Positions 9,401-19,356 of a DNA stretch of 64,000 nucleotides are shown here, piece after piece. The notes under the pieces were generated by a model. The model ran no database searches. It had not been told where the DNA came from and saw only the letters and a program-made list of their open reading frames with translations. Made by a program: the position numbers and the translations under genes. The DNA is from Acidimicrobiia bacterium. Its GTDB lineage: Bacteria > Actinomycetota > Acidimicrobiia > Spongiisociales > UBA11373. The DNA lies in assembly GCA_030584185.1 (NCBI GenBank), contig CP129495.1:1079628-1143627 (forward strand), read 5' to 3'. Positions within the stretch are counted from its first letter, which is position 1. Every line of letters starts with the position of its first letter.

Positions 9401-9940
9401 ATGAGATCTCGACACACTGGTTTCGCCGCCATCGCCGTTCTCGCGCTGATCGTGGCAGCATGCGGTGACGACGCCGCACCAAGCACCGCGGCAACCACCG
9501 CCTCCACGGCGGCCGCATCGACAGACGAATCCCTCGAAGACTCGATCGAGGACATGGTCGAGGATCTCGAGGACCAGCAGGCGGCGGTCGGTGGCGGCGG
9601 CGCCACGCTCACCGTCGGCGACAACACCTGGACCTTCGACTCGGTCCTGTGCGCTTTCGGTCCTGAGCAGATCGGGCAGGAGGACGCTGTGTTCGTGCTC
9701 TCCGCCATCAAGGACGGGCTCCAGTTGTATGTCTCTGTCGACGGATTCGGCGACAGCGTGAGCATCGACGACATCTCCGACTTCGAGAACCCTTCGGTGA
9801 GCCTGTCTGCGTTCGATGCCGAACAAGGCTCCTTCGTGGCGATCGACGGCAAGAATGTCAGCGCCCAGGCGGAGTTCCTGGACAGCCTGTCCGATGACTT
9901 CGCCTCCTACCCCGGGACGCTCCAGGCCACCTGCCCGTAG
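9401..9940 (+). CDS. hypothetical lipoprotein
   Basis: signal peptide MRSRHTGFAAIAVLALIVAAC with lipobox; Ala/Thr-rich linker, acidic mature domain; no known domain recognised. Confidence 0.55.
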   Translation: MRSRHTGFAAIAVLALIVAACGDDAAPSTAATTASTAAASTDESLEDSIEDMVEDLEDQQAAVGGGGATLTVGDNTWTFDSVLCAFGPEQIGQEDAVFVLSAIKDGLQLYVSVDGFGDSVSIDDISDFENPSVSLSAFDAEQGSFVAIDGKNVSAQAEFLDSLSDDFASYPGTLQATCP

Positions 9941-9989
9941 CCGGAAGCCAAGGCACCGAGCCGCAGGAGCCCAGCCCTACGCTGGGCCC

Positions 9990-11144
9990 ATGAAGAGGGT
10001 CGTCGTCGTCGGTGGCGGCATCGCCGGTGCTTCGGTCGCCTACGAGCTGGCGGCCGAAGCCACGGTGACCGTCCTCGAGCAGGAGGTCACCTGCGGTCAC
10101 CACTCCACCGGGCGTTCGGCTGCGATCTTCACCGAGTGCTATGGCGACGAGGTGGTTCGCCGCCTCGCCATCGGGAGCCGAAGGTTCCTCCAGGATCCGC
10201 CAGACGGATTCACCGACGCCCCTCTCGCCACGCCGCGGCCCCTCCTCTTCGTGGGTGGACCCGAGGACACCACCGCCCTCGATGCCGCCTTCGTGGAGTT
10301 CAAGGCACTGGTGCCCTCGATCGAGCGGCTGGACGCCACCGGGTGCGTGAAGGCGTGTCCGATCCTGCGGCCCGATACCGTCATCGGAGGGGTGCTCGAG
10401 CCGAACGGCGCCGACCTCGACGTGCACGCCCTGCACGCCGGGTTCCTCGGCGGCATCCGCCGGCGTGGTGGACGCGTCCACACCGGCTCACCGGTGGTCG
10501 GACTCGAGAGGAGAGGCGAGGCCTGGCTCGCCTCCACCCCGTCGGGCGTCTTCGAGGCCGACGTCGTGGTCGATGCCGCCGGCGCCTGGGCAGATCGCGT
10601 GGGTGCCCTCGCCGGGGCCGATCCGATCGGGCTGACCCCGATGCGGCGCACGGCGTTCACCTTCCCGGCACCCGAAGGAGCGTCCACCTCCGGTTGGCCC
10701 ATGGTCATCGACGTGCACCACGAGCAGTTCTATTTCCGCCCGGAGGGCCGGTCGCAGCTCCTCGCCTCGCCATGCGACCAGACGCCGATGGAGCCCCACG
10801 ACGTCAGACACGAGGAGCTCGATGTTGCGCTCGGCATCGAGCGAATCGAGTCGGTCACCACGCTGCGGATCCGGTCCGTCGCTCACGCCTGGGCCGGGCT
10901 GCGCTCGTTCGTGGCGGACCACCGGCCGGTGAACGGGTGGGACCCTTTGCTCCCCGGCTTCTACTGGCTGGCGGGACAGGGGGGTTTCGGGATCAAGACC
11001 TCGCCCGCCATGGCCCGCTTCGCCGCCGGGCTGATCCTGCGCGGGACCGTTCCCGATGACCTGACGGCGATCGGCCTCGCCGTCGGTGACCTCTCGGTCA
11101 CCCGACCAGGTCTACACGATGACATCACCTCGCCGTCACCCTGA
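9990..11144 (+). CDS. FAD-dependent oxidoreductase (DAO / glycine-D-amino-acid oxidase family)
   Basis: start MKRVVVVGGGIAGASVAYELA (GxGxxG dinucleotide fold); ORF-track upstream extension (9816) lacks protein-like composition. Confidence 0.8.
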   Translation: MKRVVVVGGGIAGASVAYELAAEATVTVLEQEVTCGHHSTGRSAAIFTECYGDEVVRRLAIGSRRFLQDPPDGFTDAPLATPRPLLFVGGPEDTTALDAAFVEFKALVPSIERLDATGCVKACPILRPDTVIGGVLEPNGADLDVHALHAGFLGGIRRRGGRVHTGSPVVGLERRGEAWLASTPSGVFEADVVVDAAGAWADRVGALAGADPIGLTPMRRTAFTFPAPEGASTSGWPMVIDVHHEQFYFRPEGRSQLLASPCDQTPMEPHDVRHEELDVALGIERIESVTTLRIRSVAHAWAGLRSFVADHRPVNGWDPLLPGFYWLAGQGGFGIKTSPAMARFAAGLILRGTVPDDLTAIGLAVGDLSVTRPGLHDDITSPSP

Positions 11145-11173
11145 GGTCAAGCGGCCCCGATAGTTTCGGCTCA

Positions 11174-11764
11174 GTGATCACGGCGCCAGCGCTCAGACCG
11201 GCACGTCCAGCAGAGGCAGAAAAGATCGCCGATCTGCTGGCGAGGGCCTACGCCGCAGACCCGGTGTTCCTCTGGCTCCTGGAGCGCCGGGCTGCATCCA
11301 CTCTGCCACGGCTGTTCAATCCGCTGGTGAGGTGGTTCGCCCGGGGTGGATCGGTGACGGTCGCCGCTGATCCGGTTCGCCTTCTCGGCGCCGCCGTGTG
11401 GTCTCCGACCACCGGCAGGCGGCCTCCGGGCACGACCTGGGGGGGTCTGTTTCCCGGGCGAGGCGGCGACCCCTTGGTCCGCCTCCTCTGGTCACACTCC
11501 GCTCGGGAGCGTCAACCAACCCGCCCCCATCGGCACCTCGTGCTCCTCGGGGTCGAGCCAGGACTCGGCGGTGAGGGCAGCGGCACCCGACTGCTCGCCG
11601 CGGGCCTCGCCGGATGCGATGCCCGTCGGCTAGGGGCCTACACCGAGGTCAACACGCCGAGTGCCGTCGGCTTCTTCCTCGGCCACGACTTCGAGGTGGT
11701 GGCCGAGGGGCCCCTCATGGCCGGTGCCCCCGACTCCTGGGGGCTGTGGCGACATCCCCGGTAG
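11174..11764 (+). CDS. GNAT-family N-acetyltransferase (putative)
   Basis: 196 aa; C-terminal acetyl-CoA binding-like region (LLGVEPGLGGEGSGTRLL); weak family assignment. Confidence 0.55.
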   Translation: MITAPALRPARPAEAEKIADLLARAYAADPVFLWLLERRAASTLPRLFNPLVRWFARGGSVTVAADPVRLLGAAVWSPTTGRRPPGTTWGGLFPGRGGDPLVRLLWSHSARERQPTRPHRHLVLLGVEPGLGGEGSGTRLLAAGLAGCDARRLGAYTEVNTPSAVGFFLGHDFEVVAEGPLMAGAPDSWGLWRHPR

Positions 11765-11848
11765 GACCTTCGGCCCTCCCCGGAGCCACCGCTCCCGATA
11801 ACCTGGCGCCAGGCAGCAGTCGCGCCACGCCACCCTAGGAGGACACCC

Positions 11849-13111
11849 ATGGCGAAGTGGAGCGACATCGACGCCTCCGGCCTGCATCCGGAGAGCCTGA
11901 TGATGACCTACGGGTACCGACCCGAGTGGTCGGAGGGGGCGGCGGCCCCTCCCATCTTCCAGAACTCGACCTTCGTGTTCCCCTCGGCCGCCGTGGGAGA
12001 ACGCTGCTTCGCCGTGGCCTACGGCCTCGCCGCCCCTCTCCCCGACGAGCACCCGGACCTCATCTACTCGCGAATCAACAACCCGGACCTCGAGATCGCC
12101 GAGGATCGCCTGGCGCTGTGGGATCGCGCCGAGACCGCAGCCCTGTTCGTGAGCGGCATGGCGGCGATCACCACCACGCTATGGGCACACCTGCGACCCG
12201 GCGACGTGATCGCCGCCTCCTCCCCCATCTACGGCGGCACCCACCACTTCATCGAGACCGTGCTGCCCCAGTTCGGGATCGAGTCGGTGCGCTTCGACCC
12301 CGACGCCAAGGCCGGCGACGTGATCGCAATGGTCGAGGCCACGGGCAGGCCGCTGGGCATGGTGTATGCCGAGACCCCAGCCAACCCCACCAACGCCCTG
12401 ATCGACCTGGGGATGTGCGCCGAGGTCGCCGCCCGATTCTCGACGCCGGCACGGAGGGTGCCGGTGGCGGTGGACAACACCTTCCTGGGGCCTGTCTTCC
12501 AACGCCCCCTGGAGCACGGAGCCGACATCGTGCTCTACTCGGCCACCAAGTATCTGGGTGGCCACGGCGACCTGATCGCCGGCGCCGCCGTCGGGGCGAA
12601 GGCGCTCCTCGATCCGATCCGTGTGATGCGCACCTTCACCGGCAACATGCTCACGCCGTTCGTCTCCTGGCTCCTGATGCGCAGCCTGGCCACGCTGCAT
12701 CTGCGCATGGAACGGCAGGCCGACAACGCCCAGAAGGTGGCCGACTTCCTCAGGGGGCATGCGAAGGTGGAGTCGGTCAACTACCTGGGTCACCTCGAGT
12801 CCGGCGACCCCGGCCACGACCTGTACCGAAAGCAGTGCCTCGGGCCCGGGGGGATGATCTCCTTCGAGGTCGCCGGCGGGAAGCCGGAGGCGTACCGCTT
12901 CCTCGATGGCCTTCGCCTCTTCAAGCTGGCGGTGAGCCTGGGCTCGGTGGACTCCCTCGCCGAGCATCCGGCCACCATGACCCACTGCGAGGCGGGCAAG
13001 GAGGCCAACGACGCCAAGGGGATCACCGAGTCGCTGATCCGGATGTCGATCGGGGTGGAGCATCCCGACGACCTCGTGGCCGACGTGAAGCAGGCCCTCG
13101 AAGCGATCTGA
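11849..13111 (+). CDS. PLP-dependent Cys/Met-metabolism enzyme (methionine gamma-lyase / cystathionine gamma-synthase family)
   Basis: 420 aa; PLP-lysine motif YSATKYLGGHGD, NPTN motif (ETPANPTNALIDL), trans-sulfuration family architecture. Confidence 0.85.
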   Translation: MAKWSDIDASGLHPESLMMTYGYRPEWSEGAAAPPIFQNSTFVFPSAAVGERCFAVAYGLAAPLPDEHPDLIYSRINNPDLEIAEDRLALWDRAETAALFVSGMAAITTTLWAHLRPGDVIAASSPIYGGTHHFIETVLPQFGIESVRFDPDAKAGDVIAMVEATGRPLGMVYAETPANPTNALIDLGMCAEVAARFSTPARRVPVAVDNTFLGPVFQRPLEHGADIVLYSATKYLGGHGDLIAGAAVGAKALLDPIRVMRTFTGNMLTPFVSWLLMRSLATLHLRMERQADNAQKVADFLRGHAKVESVNYLGHLESGDPGHDLYRKQCLGPGGMISFEVAGGKPEAYRFLDGLRLFKLAVSLGSVDSLAEHPATMTHCEAGKEANDAKGITESLIRMSIGVEHPDDLVADVKQALEAI

Positions 13112-13142
13112 GCGGCGGTCGCCGCTGCGGTACCGTCGGCCC

Positions 13143-13910
13143 ATGAGGATCACCGTCTGCGAGCTTCCCGCCGATCCGGCGCGCCTCGACCCGGCATGGG
13201 ATGGGCTGGTCGAGCACACCGCCGCCCACCGGCCCGACCTGGTGGTGCTGCCCGAGATGCCGTTCTACGCCTGGCTGGCGGCCAGCAGCGTCGTCGATGC
13301 CCACCGATGGTTCGCCGCCGTCGCGGCACACGAGGAATGGCTACCCCGCCTCGCCGACCTGGGTGCGGCGACGGTCGTCGCCACACGACCGGCGATGATC
13401 GGCGATGGGCCGCGCAACGAGGCCTTCGCCTGGACGCCGACCGGCTATCTGTTCCTCCATCACAAGCGCCATCTGCCCGACGAGGACGGCTTCTGGGAGG
13501 CCTCCTGGTACGAACGGGGGCCGTCCGAGTTCGTCGCCGTCGACACGCCGGCGGGGAGGCTGGGGGCCATGGTGTGCACCGAGATCTGGTTCACCGACCA
13601 TGCCCGGAGCTACGCCCGGCAGGGCGTCGACGTCGTGGTGTCGCCGCGGGCGACCCCGTGGTCGAGCCGCGGCCGCTGGCTGGTGGGTGGCCGGGCGGCG
13701 GCGATCATGGCCGGAGCGTTCTGCGCCTCCTCCAACCGGTCCGGAACGGGCGAGGACGCAATGCGCTGGGCAGGCACGGGCTGGGTGATCGACCCCGAGG
13801 GTGATGTCCTGGCCACCACCGACGGGGACAACCCCTACGCCACCATCGAGGTGGATCTCGCCGCCGCCGAGGCGGCGAAGTCGACCTACCCCCGCTACGT
13901 GGAGGAGTGA
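13143..13910 (+). CDS. carbon-nitrogen hydrolase (nitrilase superfamily amidohydrolase)
   Basis: E-K-C triad context: VVLPEMPF, HHKRHLP, MVCTEIWF. Confidence 0.8.
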   Translation: MRITVCELPADPARLDPAWDGLVEHTAAHRPDLVVLPEMPFYAWLAASSVVDAHRWFAAVAAHEEWLPRLADLGAATVVATRPAMIGDGPRNEAFAWTPTGYLFLHHKRHLPDEDGFWEASWYERGPSEFVAVDTPAGRLGAMVCTEIWFTDHARSYARQGVDVVVSPRATPWSSRGRWLVGGRAAAIMAGAFCASSNRSGTGEDAMRWAGTGWVIDPEGDVLATTDGDNPYATIEVDLAAAEAAKSTYPRYVEE

Positions 13911-13923
13911 GGTCGGGAACGGG

Positions 13924-14574
13924 ATGGTTTCACGTGCGCCAGACTTTGCCAGGCATGCTACGGTTCCGGCGATGGTGGCGAGGCGCCCCCTGGTGGCCGT
14001 ATTGGGGCTGGAGCCAGCGTTCACTGCTGGCCTCGAATACGCCGCTCAAGATCGATTCTGTGTCGTGACCACTGGGCAAGCCGCGCTTGGAAGTGTTGAT
14101 CGCTTCCTCGCTGCCCTTGCACTGGACTCAGCCGGGGACAACGGCCTCGCCACGCTCGTCGCCCGGTTTGATCCGAAGCCGGTGGTTGCGATCACAAGGG
14201 AGGACGACCCGAGCCATTGGGTGGAGGTGATGGCTAAGGGTGTCGCCGGTATAGCCCCATACGCCGATACTCCCGAAGGCATTCTGGACGTACTGAGCCA
14301 CTCGCTCAGGGGTATGTTTTTGCTCCCCGTCGGCATCCTCAGGTGGGTCGTGGATCGGGTACATCAACCTCCATCAGGACTCCTGTCCGACCGCGACACC
14401 CGAGTGCTCGTCAGGCTGGCCCGCGGCGACACTGTTGCAGACGTGGCGACCGCCGAGGCATGTGCCCCCCGGACGATGCATCGCATGCTCGCTCAGCTCT
14501 ACGCCAAGATCGGGGTCGATCGTATTGACGGCGCCCGGCGACTGGCGATCCGATGGGGGTTCGCAGATGACTGA
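13924..14574 (+). CDS. LuxR-family transcriptional regulator with N-terminal receiver-like domain
   Basis: C-terminal GerE/LuxR HTH (LSDRDTRVLVRLARGDTVADVATAEACAPRTMHRMLAQLYAKIGV); start at MVSRAPDF; stop overlaps next gene (ATGA). Confidence 0.7.
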   Translation: MVSRAPDFARHATVPAMVARRPLVAVLGLEPAFTAGLEYAAQDRFCVVTTGQAALGSVDRFLAALALDSAGDNGLATLVARFDPKPVVAITREDDPSHWVEVMAKGVAGIAPYADTPEGILDVLSHSLRGMFLLPVGILRWVVDRVHQPPSGLLSDRDTRVLVRLARGDTVADVATAEACAPRTMHRMLAQLYAKIGVDRIDGARRLAIRWGFADD

Positions 14575-15655
14575 ACCTGGACGCGCTCGCAGCGCAGCGA
14601 CCAAGCGCGCTCTCGGCGCGATCGCACTCTCCGGCGTTGCCGCGGCCGCCGGGTTCTGGGCCGGTCGGATCGTGTTCCTGCCCCCTTCCGATCCGCTGGA
14701 CGACACTCCCGAGCCCATCACATATACAGTCGCCCAAGGTGAACTGGAACGATCATTGCGATTCACCGCCGTCGCCGAGTGGCGACTCATTCCGACGGCG
14801 CGCAATGCCAAGCAGGGGGTCGTGACCACGGTCGAATTCCACTCGGGTGGTGTCGCAACGCCAGGGCAGATCATCTGCACTGTCGACCTACGACCCATCG
14901 TCGTGGCGGAGGGCAAGGTCCCGGCCTTCCGTAGCATGTCCCTCAACGCACGGGGTGCCGATGTCGCGCAGCTGCAGACCTTCCTTGCCGACCTCGGACT
15001 CTTCACACAGGAGTCCGACGGCGTCTTTGGAACGTCAACCCGTGCCGCGGTGATGGAGTGGCAGCGGATGCTCGGCGTCCGTGCCGACGGGATCGTGGGT
15101 CTGGGCGATGTGGTATTCGTCCCGACGCTACCCGCCCATCTCACCCTGGACCCCAACTTCGTTCCAGGCACGCCGTTGGCCGGCGGTGAACCCTTCCTCT
15201 CACTGGTCCCGGACGCTCCCGAGTTCCGCGTGCCGCTCGCCCAAGAGCAACTGAGGCTCGTCCCCCTCACCGCTCAGGTCCGCGTGAGCTACGCGGACGG
15301 TGAGTGGAGCGGGAGGATCGAGCAAGCGGTTGAGGATTCGGGCACCAACCTCGTCAATCTCCTGCTCACGGCGGAGGACGGCGGTCCAGTGTGCGGCGGG
15401 AATTGCACTCGTTGGGTCGACCTGGGAGCACCGACCGACTTTGACGTCGAGATCGTCGTGATTCCACATACCGTGGGCCCGGCGGTGCCCGTGGCGGCCA
15501 TACACTCCGATGCCGGCAATCAAACCTATGTCATCACCTCGGATGGGACCCGGATCGACATCACCGTCGTGGTGGCCGCGAAAGGGATCGCAATCGTCGA
15601 AGGCCTCGACCAGGGGACGGTGATCGCTCTGCCGATTGTCCCGGTGGGGGGCTGA
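14567..15655 (+). CDS. HlyD/MacA-family periplasmic adaptor with embedded peptidoglycan-binding (PG_binding_1) domain
   Basis: N-terminal TM anchor (ALGAIALSGVAAAAGFWAGRIVFL); PG-binding repeat GADVAQLQTFLADLGLFTQESDGVFGTSTRAAVMEWQRMLGVRADGIVG; beta-barrel/lipoyl-like adaptor remainder; translationally coupled to ABC ATPase. Confidence 0.7.
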   Translation: MTEPGRARSAATKRALGAIALSGVAAAAGFWAGRIVFLPPSDPLDDTPEPITYTVAQGELERSLRFTAVAEWRLIPTARNAKQGVVTTVEFHSGGVATPGQIICTVDLRPIVVAEGKVPAFRSMSLNARGADVAQLQTFLADLGLFTQESDGVFGTSTRAAVMEWQRMLGVRADGIVGLGDVVFVPTLPAHLTLDPNFVPGTPLAGGEPFLSLVPDAPEFRVPLAQEQLRLVPLTAQVRVSYADGEWSGRIEQAVEDSGTNLVNLLLTAEDGGPVCGGNCTRWVDLGAPTDFDVEIVVIPHTVGPAVPVAAIHSDAGNQTYVITSDGTRIDITVVVAAKGIAIVEGLDQGTVIALPIVPVGG

Positions 15656-16290
15656 TGATCGAAGTCGAGGATCTGTCGTTCGGGTACCGGCGGACACAGC
15701 CCATCCTCGAGCATCTCTCTTGGTGCATTCCTCCGGGTCTGATCTCCGGGGTGACCGGTCAATCGGGGTCGGGCAAGTCGACATTGCTGTACATCCTCGG
15801 CCTTCTGCTGTCTCCCTGGAGCGGAAGGATCGTCGTTGACGGCGAGGACGTCGGCGCAGCATCTGACGGCGTCAGATCGCAGATCCGAGCGCGGCGAATC
15901 GGCTTCGTGTTCCAGGACGCCGCCCTTGATCCAACCAGAACGGTCGTCGACAACATCGTCGAAGGATCCCTCTACTCGGGAATGGGAAGAAGGCGGGCGA
16001 TCCGGCGTGCCCACGAGCTCTTGGAGAAGTTCGATGTCGGGTTGCGCGCCGAGCACAGGCCGGGCGAGGTGTCGGCGGGCCAGGCTCAGCGCGTCGCCTT
16101 GTGCCGAGCGCTGCTCCCAGAACCACGCATCATCCTGGCAGATGAGCCGACCGGCAACCTGGACACGGACACCGCTGCGGTGGTGCTGGCAGCGTTGAGA
16201 TCGCTCTCCCATGGTGACGGCGCCACCGTCGTCATGGTCTCACACGACCCGACAGTCGTGGTCGCGTGCGATCGAGTGCTGACGCTTTGA
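15655..16290 (+). CDS. ABC transporter ATP-binding protein (MacB/LolD-like)
   Basis: Walker A GQSGSGKST, Q-loop, signature VSAGQAQRVA (SGGQ variant), Walker B IILADEPTGNLD. Confidence 0.85.
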   Translation: MIEVEDLSFGYRRTQPILEHLSWCIPPGLISGVTGQSGSGKSTLLYILGLLLSPWSGRIVVDGEDVGAASDGVRSQIRARRIGFVFQDAALDPTRTVVDNIVEGSLYSGMGRRRAIRRAHELLEKFDVGLRAEHRPGEVSAGQAQRVALCRALLPEPRIILADEPTGNLDTDTAAVVLAALRSLSHGDGATVVMVSHDPTVVVACDRVLTL

Positions 16291-17384
16291 GGGTCATCAG
16301 GTACGCTCTGGAGTCGGCACGGGTGGCCCGAAGCCAACCGGTGTCCTCCGTCGTGACGATGCTCGTCGTCGGAAGTGTGTGCGCGGTCATCCTCTCCACG
16401 ACGGGACAGACCGAGGCGGCAGAACGCCAGGTGATCGCCCGCATCGATGAGGCCGGGACTCGATCGATCGTGGTCACCGACGTTCAAGGCGGAGCCGGAA
16501 TCCCTCCTTCGGCGGTCGGGCGTATCGAGCGCCTCGCCCACGTGGAGTGGGTGATCGGGCTGGGTACCGCCTTCGATGCTCGACCAGTCGGAGTGCCCGG
16601 CGGAACGCCGATCCCCATCCGCTTCCTCTACGGCGACATACCACCGGTGGTCGAGATGTCCCCATGGACCCGCGACATTGGAACGGTCGTCATCGGGCCA
16701 GAAGCCCAAGCAACCCTCGGACTGCTGGTCCCGGCCGGAGGTGTCGTCACCGGCAACGATGACCACCTCGCGGTCGTCGGATCGTTCCACCCCTCTGAGC
16801 CATTGGCCTTCCTCGAGCAGTCCGGTCTGGCAGCCCCGGACCCGCACGACGAGCTGCCATGGGTACGTACCATCTTCGTATCGGTGGAGCGGCCAGAAGA
16901 CGTCACGTCGGTGACGCAAGGAGTCCTCATGGTCCTCGGGGCCAACGACCCGACCCAGGTGTCAGTCGAAACGTCGAGCAACCTCGCGGCGGTCCGGGCT
17001 ACGGTGGAGGGTGAACTCGGCTCGTTCGGTCGCAACCTCGTGCTGATGGTGCTCGGAGCGGGAATCGTGTTGGTAACGCTCACAACCTACGGGTCGGTGA
17101 CGGCAAGGCGTAAGGACTTCGGACGCCGCCGAGCTCTGGGGGCAGAAAGGGCAACGATCATCGCCCTGGTGACGCTTCAGGCGACAATCACTGGGAGTCT
17201 TGGTGCGGCCCTGGGGTCGCTCATTGGTGGCGGCATCGTTTGGAGGCTCACCGGTGAGCCCCCGAACGCCGGATTCGCAACGGCGGTGGCCACACTCGCC
17301 ATGCTGGCCACGATCATTGCTGCCGCACCGCCAGCGATGATCGCTGCTCATCGAGACCCGATCAGGGAACTGCGAGTGCCCTGA
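16266..17384 (+). CDS. ABC transporter permease, FtsX-like
   Basis: GTG start overlapping ATPase stop; N-terminal TM, large extracytoplasmic domain, C-terminal 3 TM helices (LVLMVLGAGIVLVTL ... LGSLIGGGIVW ... LAMLATIIAAA) typical of MacB/FtsX permeases. Confidence 0.75.
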   Translation: MRSSADALRVIRYALESARVARSQPVSSVVTMLVVGSVCAVILSTTGQTEAAERQVIARIDEAGTRSIVVTDVQGGAGIPPSAVGRIERLAHVEWVIGLGTAFDARPVGVPGGTPIPIRFLYGDIPPVVEMSPWTRDIGTVVIGPEAQATLGLLVPAGGVVTGNDDHLAVVGSFHPSEPLAFLEQSGLAAPDPHDELPWVRTIFVSVERPEDVTSVTQGVLMVLGANDPTQVSVETSSNLAAVRATVEGELGSFGRNLVLMVLGAGIVLVTLTTYGSVTARRKDFGRRRALGAERATIIALVTLQATITGSLGAALGSLIGGGIVWRLTGEPPNAGFATAVATLAMLATIIAAAPPAMIAAHRDPIRELRVP

Positions 17385-17834
17385 GAGCGCTTCGGTTGCA
17401 CGACCCAGGGGAACCTCGGGCGGAGTGATGCACCTGCCCCTCGGGAACGGCGGTGGCGCGGGCCACGGCCATGTGCAACACGTCGACGACAAGCTCGACG
17501 CCAGCACGGTCACCATGGACAATCCCAGGATGTCCCGACGACTCAGATCCTAGGTTCCAGCGACATGCAGCGGATCCTCGCCGGCAGGAAACTGGGCCAG
17601 GCACGCCACGCGCCGTTGGTCGGGCCCGTCGGCGGTGAGGTTCTGAACCAACAAGGCAGCAGCCGTGGCGATGTCGGGACGCCGCCACCGCCACTTCTTG
17701 CGGAAAAGCACCCACACCGGGCCGCTTCTTGCCATCGACCGAGCCACCCGGCTCTGGCTCACCCCGAAACCCCGGCGGGCTTCCCCCCCGCTTCTCCGAA
17801 CACTTGGCCTGTGGGCCCCGAGAGAGGAGAAGTC

Positions 17835-18437
17835 GTGCCTGCACCTCATCCACCTGAGTTCCGCCAGCGGGCGGTGGAACTGGCCCGGGAGGGCTCGAGG
17901 CCGATCGCCCTGGCTGCCCAAGACATCGGGATCTCGGAGTCGTGTCTTGGTATCTGGCTTGTCCACGCCGATGTCGACGAGGGGAAGCGGGGGGTCTGTC
18001 GACCCCGGAGCGGAGAAACTGGCCCGGCTCCGCAAGGAGAACCCGGTGCCCAAGATGGAGCGTGATCTACTCTCTCGGGCCGCAACCTTCTTAGCCTCGG
18101 AGAATGCCCTGCCGAAGTGATCAATCGGTTGATGGACGCGAACAAGGCCGACTTTCCGAGCCGGTTCATGGCCGAGCGGCCGGAGGTGTCCACCAGCGGG
18201 TTCCATGACAGGCGGGCACGGCCGTGTGATCCCGCGGCTCGAACGATCGCCGATGCCGCCTTGAGCGTGCTGATCATCGAGATCCAGGATCGATCCCGGG
18301 GCACCTACGGGTCGCCTCGAGTGTGGACCGACCTCAGGTTGGGTCTGGGGATTCGGGTTGGTCGTGAGCGGGTCGAGCGGCTGATGCGTCACGCCGACCT
18401 GGCCGGGATGACGGGGATGTCCGATCGTATCGTGTAA
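17835..18437 (+). mobile_element. IS3-family insertion sequence remnant (frameshifted orfA plus truncated orfB N-terminus)
   Basis: GAGAGGAGAAG RBS then GTG 17835; orfA HTH PEFRQRAVELAREGSRPIALAAQDIGISESCLGIWL; frame switch to KLARLRKENPVPKMERDLLSRAATFLASE (IS3 orfA leucine zipper); orfB fragment 18117..18437 with HTH_21-like YGSPRVWTDLRLGLGIRVGRERVERLMR but no DDE core. Confidence 0.65.
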
Positions 18438-18630
18438 GCGGTCCGGACCTCTACCCGATAGGAGACCACGATGACCAAGCCAGACTCCGAGAGCGAGGAG
18501 CGTCGCCGGCGCCAGAGCGAGATCGCCGATTCGTTGAAGGAGTCCGGGGCGCTTCTTCAGATCTTCGCCCGGATCGACGCGGGGGAACTCCTGACTGGTC
18601 ATGTCCCAGGTCCTCAACGAGACCCCGTCG

Positions 18631-19311
18631 CTACGGCCCGAGACCGGCGCCGTAGTCGTGCGGGCTCTGAGGGCATCGAGCCTCGAGTTCGGACGACGTG
18701 TTGCTGACATACCGCCAGGGAACCCATTCGACGTCGGGATAGTTCTCGACGAACGAATCGACCGACGGCGGGTCCGGAATGTCGTAGCCTTCTGCCTCGA
18801 GGCATGGCTTGAGTACGTCGACCCAGAACGTGTAGATGTTCTCTACTTCGACCCCTGACTCGACCCCATACTCTGGAATGCTGAGACCGGCGACACATCT
18901 CGCGAAGCCGACCTGAGCCGCTTCGTTCTGTTCGAAAGGTATGGCCAGCCACGAGATTCCGGTATCTCCGATAGGCTCCACAGGCCAGCCCTGGTCGCGC
19001 ATGCACGCTATCTCGGCCGCTGTGACGAGGCCCCAAGGGACCTTGGAGTACGGGTAGGCTGAGTAGTCGCCATAGCCGTAGATCGGATCGACCTGTTCGA
19101 TCAAGACCTCGAATGGTGGGAGGCTGGAAGTTGCCTCCTCTCTCTCGCTGGTGGGGAGAAAGGTCGCGTTCGGATCAGACTGCTCGACACCGACTGTGGT
19201 CGCGGTGCCACCTTGTCCGATACACGCCGCTCCAAGGACTATCACGGCAATCGATCGCACGGTCGCCGTGATCGGCCGACTGGCGAGGCGTTGCCAAGTC
19301 TTCCTTTTCAC
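18631..19311 (-). CDS. hypothetical lipoprotein (Trp/Tyr/acidic-rich)
   Basis: signal peptide MKRKTWQRLASRPITATVRSIAVIVLGAAC; located in lower-GC island; overlapping antisense ORFs 18471..18707 and 18601..18858 judged less likely. Confidence 0.45.
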   Translation of the reverse strand: MKRKTWQRLASRPITATVRSIAVIVLGAACIGQGGTATTVGVEQSDPNATFLPTSEREEATSSLPPFEVLIEQVDPIYGYGDYSAYPYSKVPWGLVTAAEIACMRDQGWPVEPIGDTGISWLAIPFEQNEAAQVGFARCVAGLSIPEYGVESGVEVENIYTFWVDVLKPCLEAEGYDIPDPPSVDSFVENYPDVEWVPWRYVSNTSSELEARCPQSPHDYGAGLGP

Positions 19312-19356
19312 GGCGCTGCATCCATTCCAATCCAGTGATGGAGTGCTGTCTCCGAC

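Noticed and set aside
17428-17553. 41-aa Gly/His-rich ORF (MHLPLGNGGGAGHGHVQHVDD...) with RBS, between FtsX gene and IS remnant
   Set aside because: Lies in degraded IS-flanking DNA; low-complexity; no support beyond an SD-like sequence.
17550-18710. 386-aa minus-strand ORF
   Set aside because: Antisense to the IS3 remnant; Arg/Pro-rich, not protein-like.
18471-18858. plus-strand small ORFs 18471-18707 and 18601-18858
   Set aside because: Overlap the better-supported minus-strand lipoprotein gene (signal peptide plus lipobox). They may be remnants of an inactivated gene; it is not possible to decide without homology.
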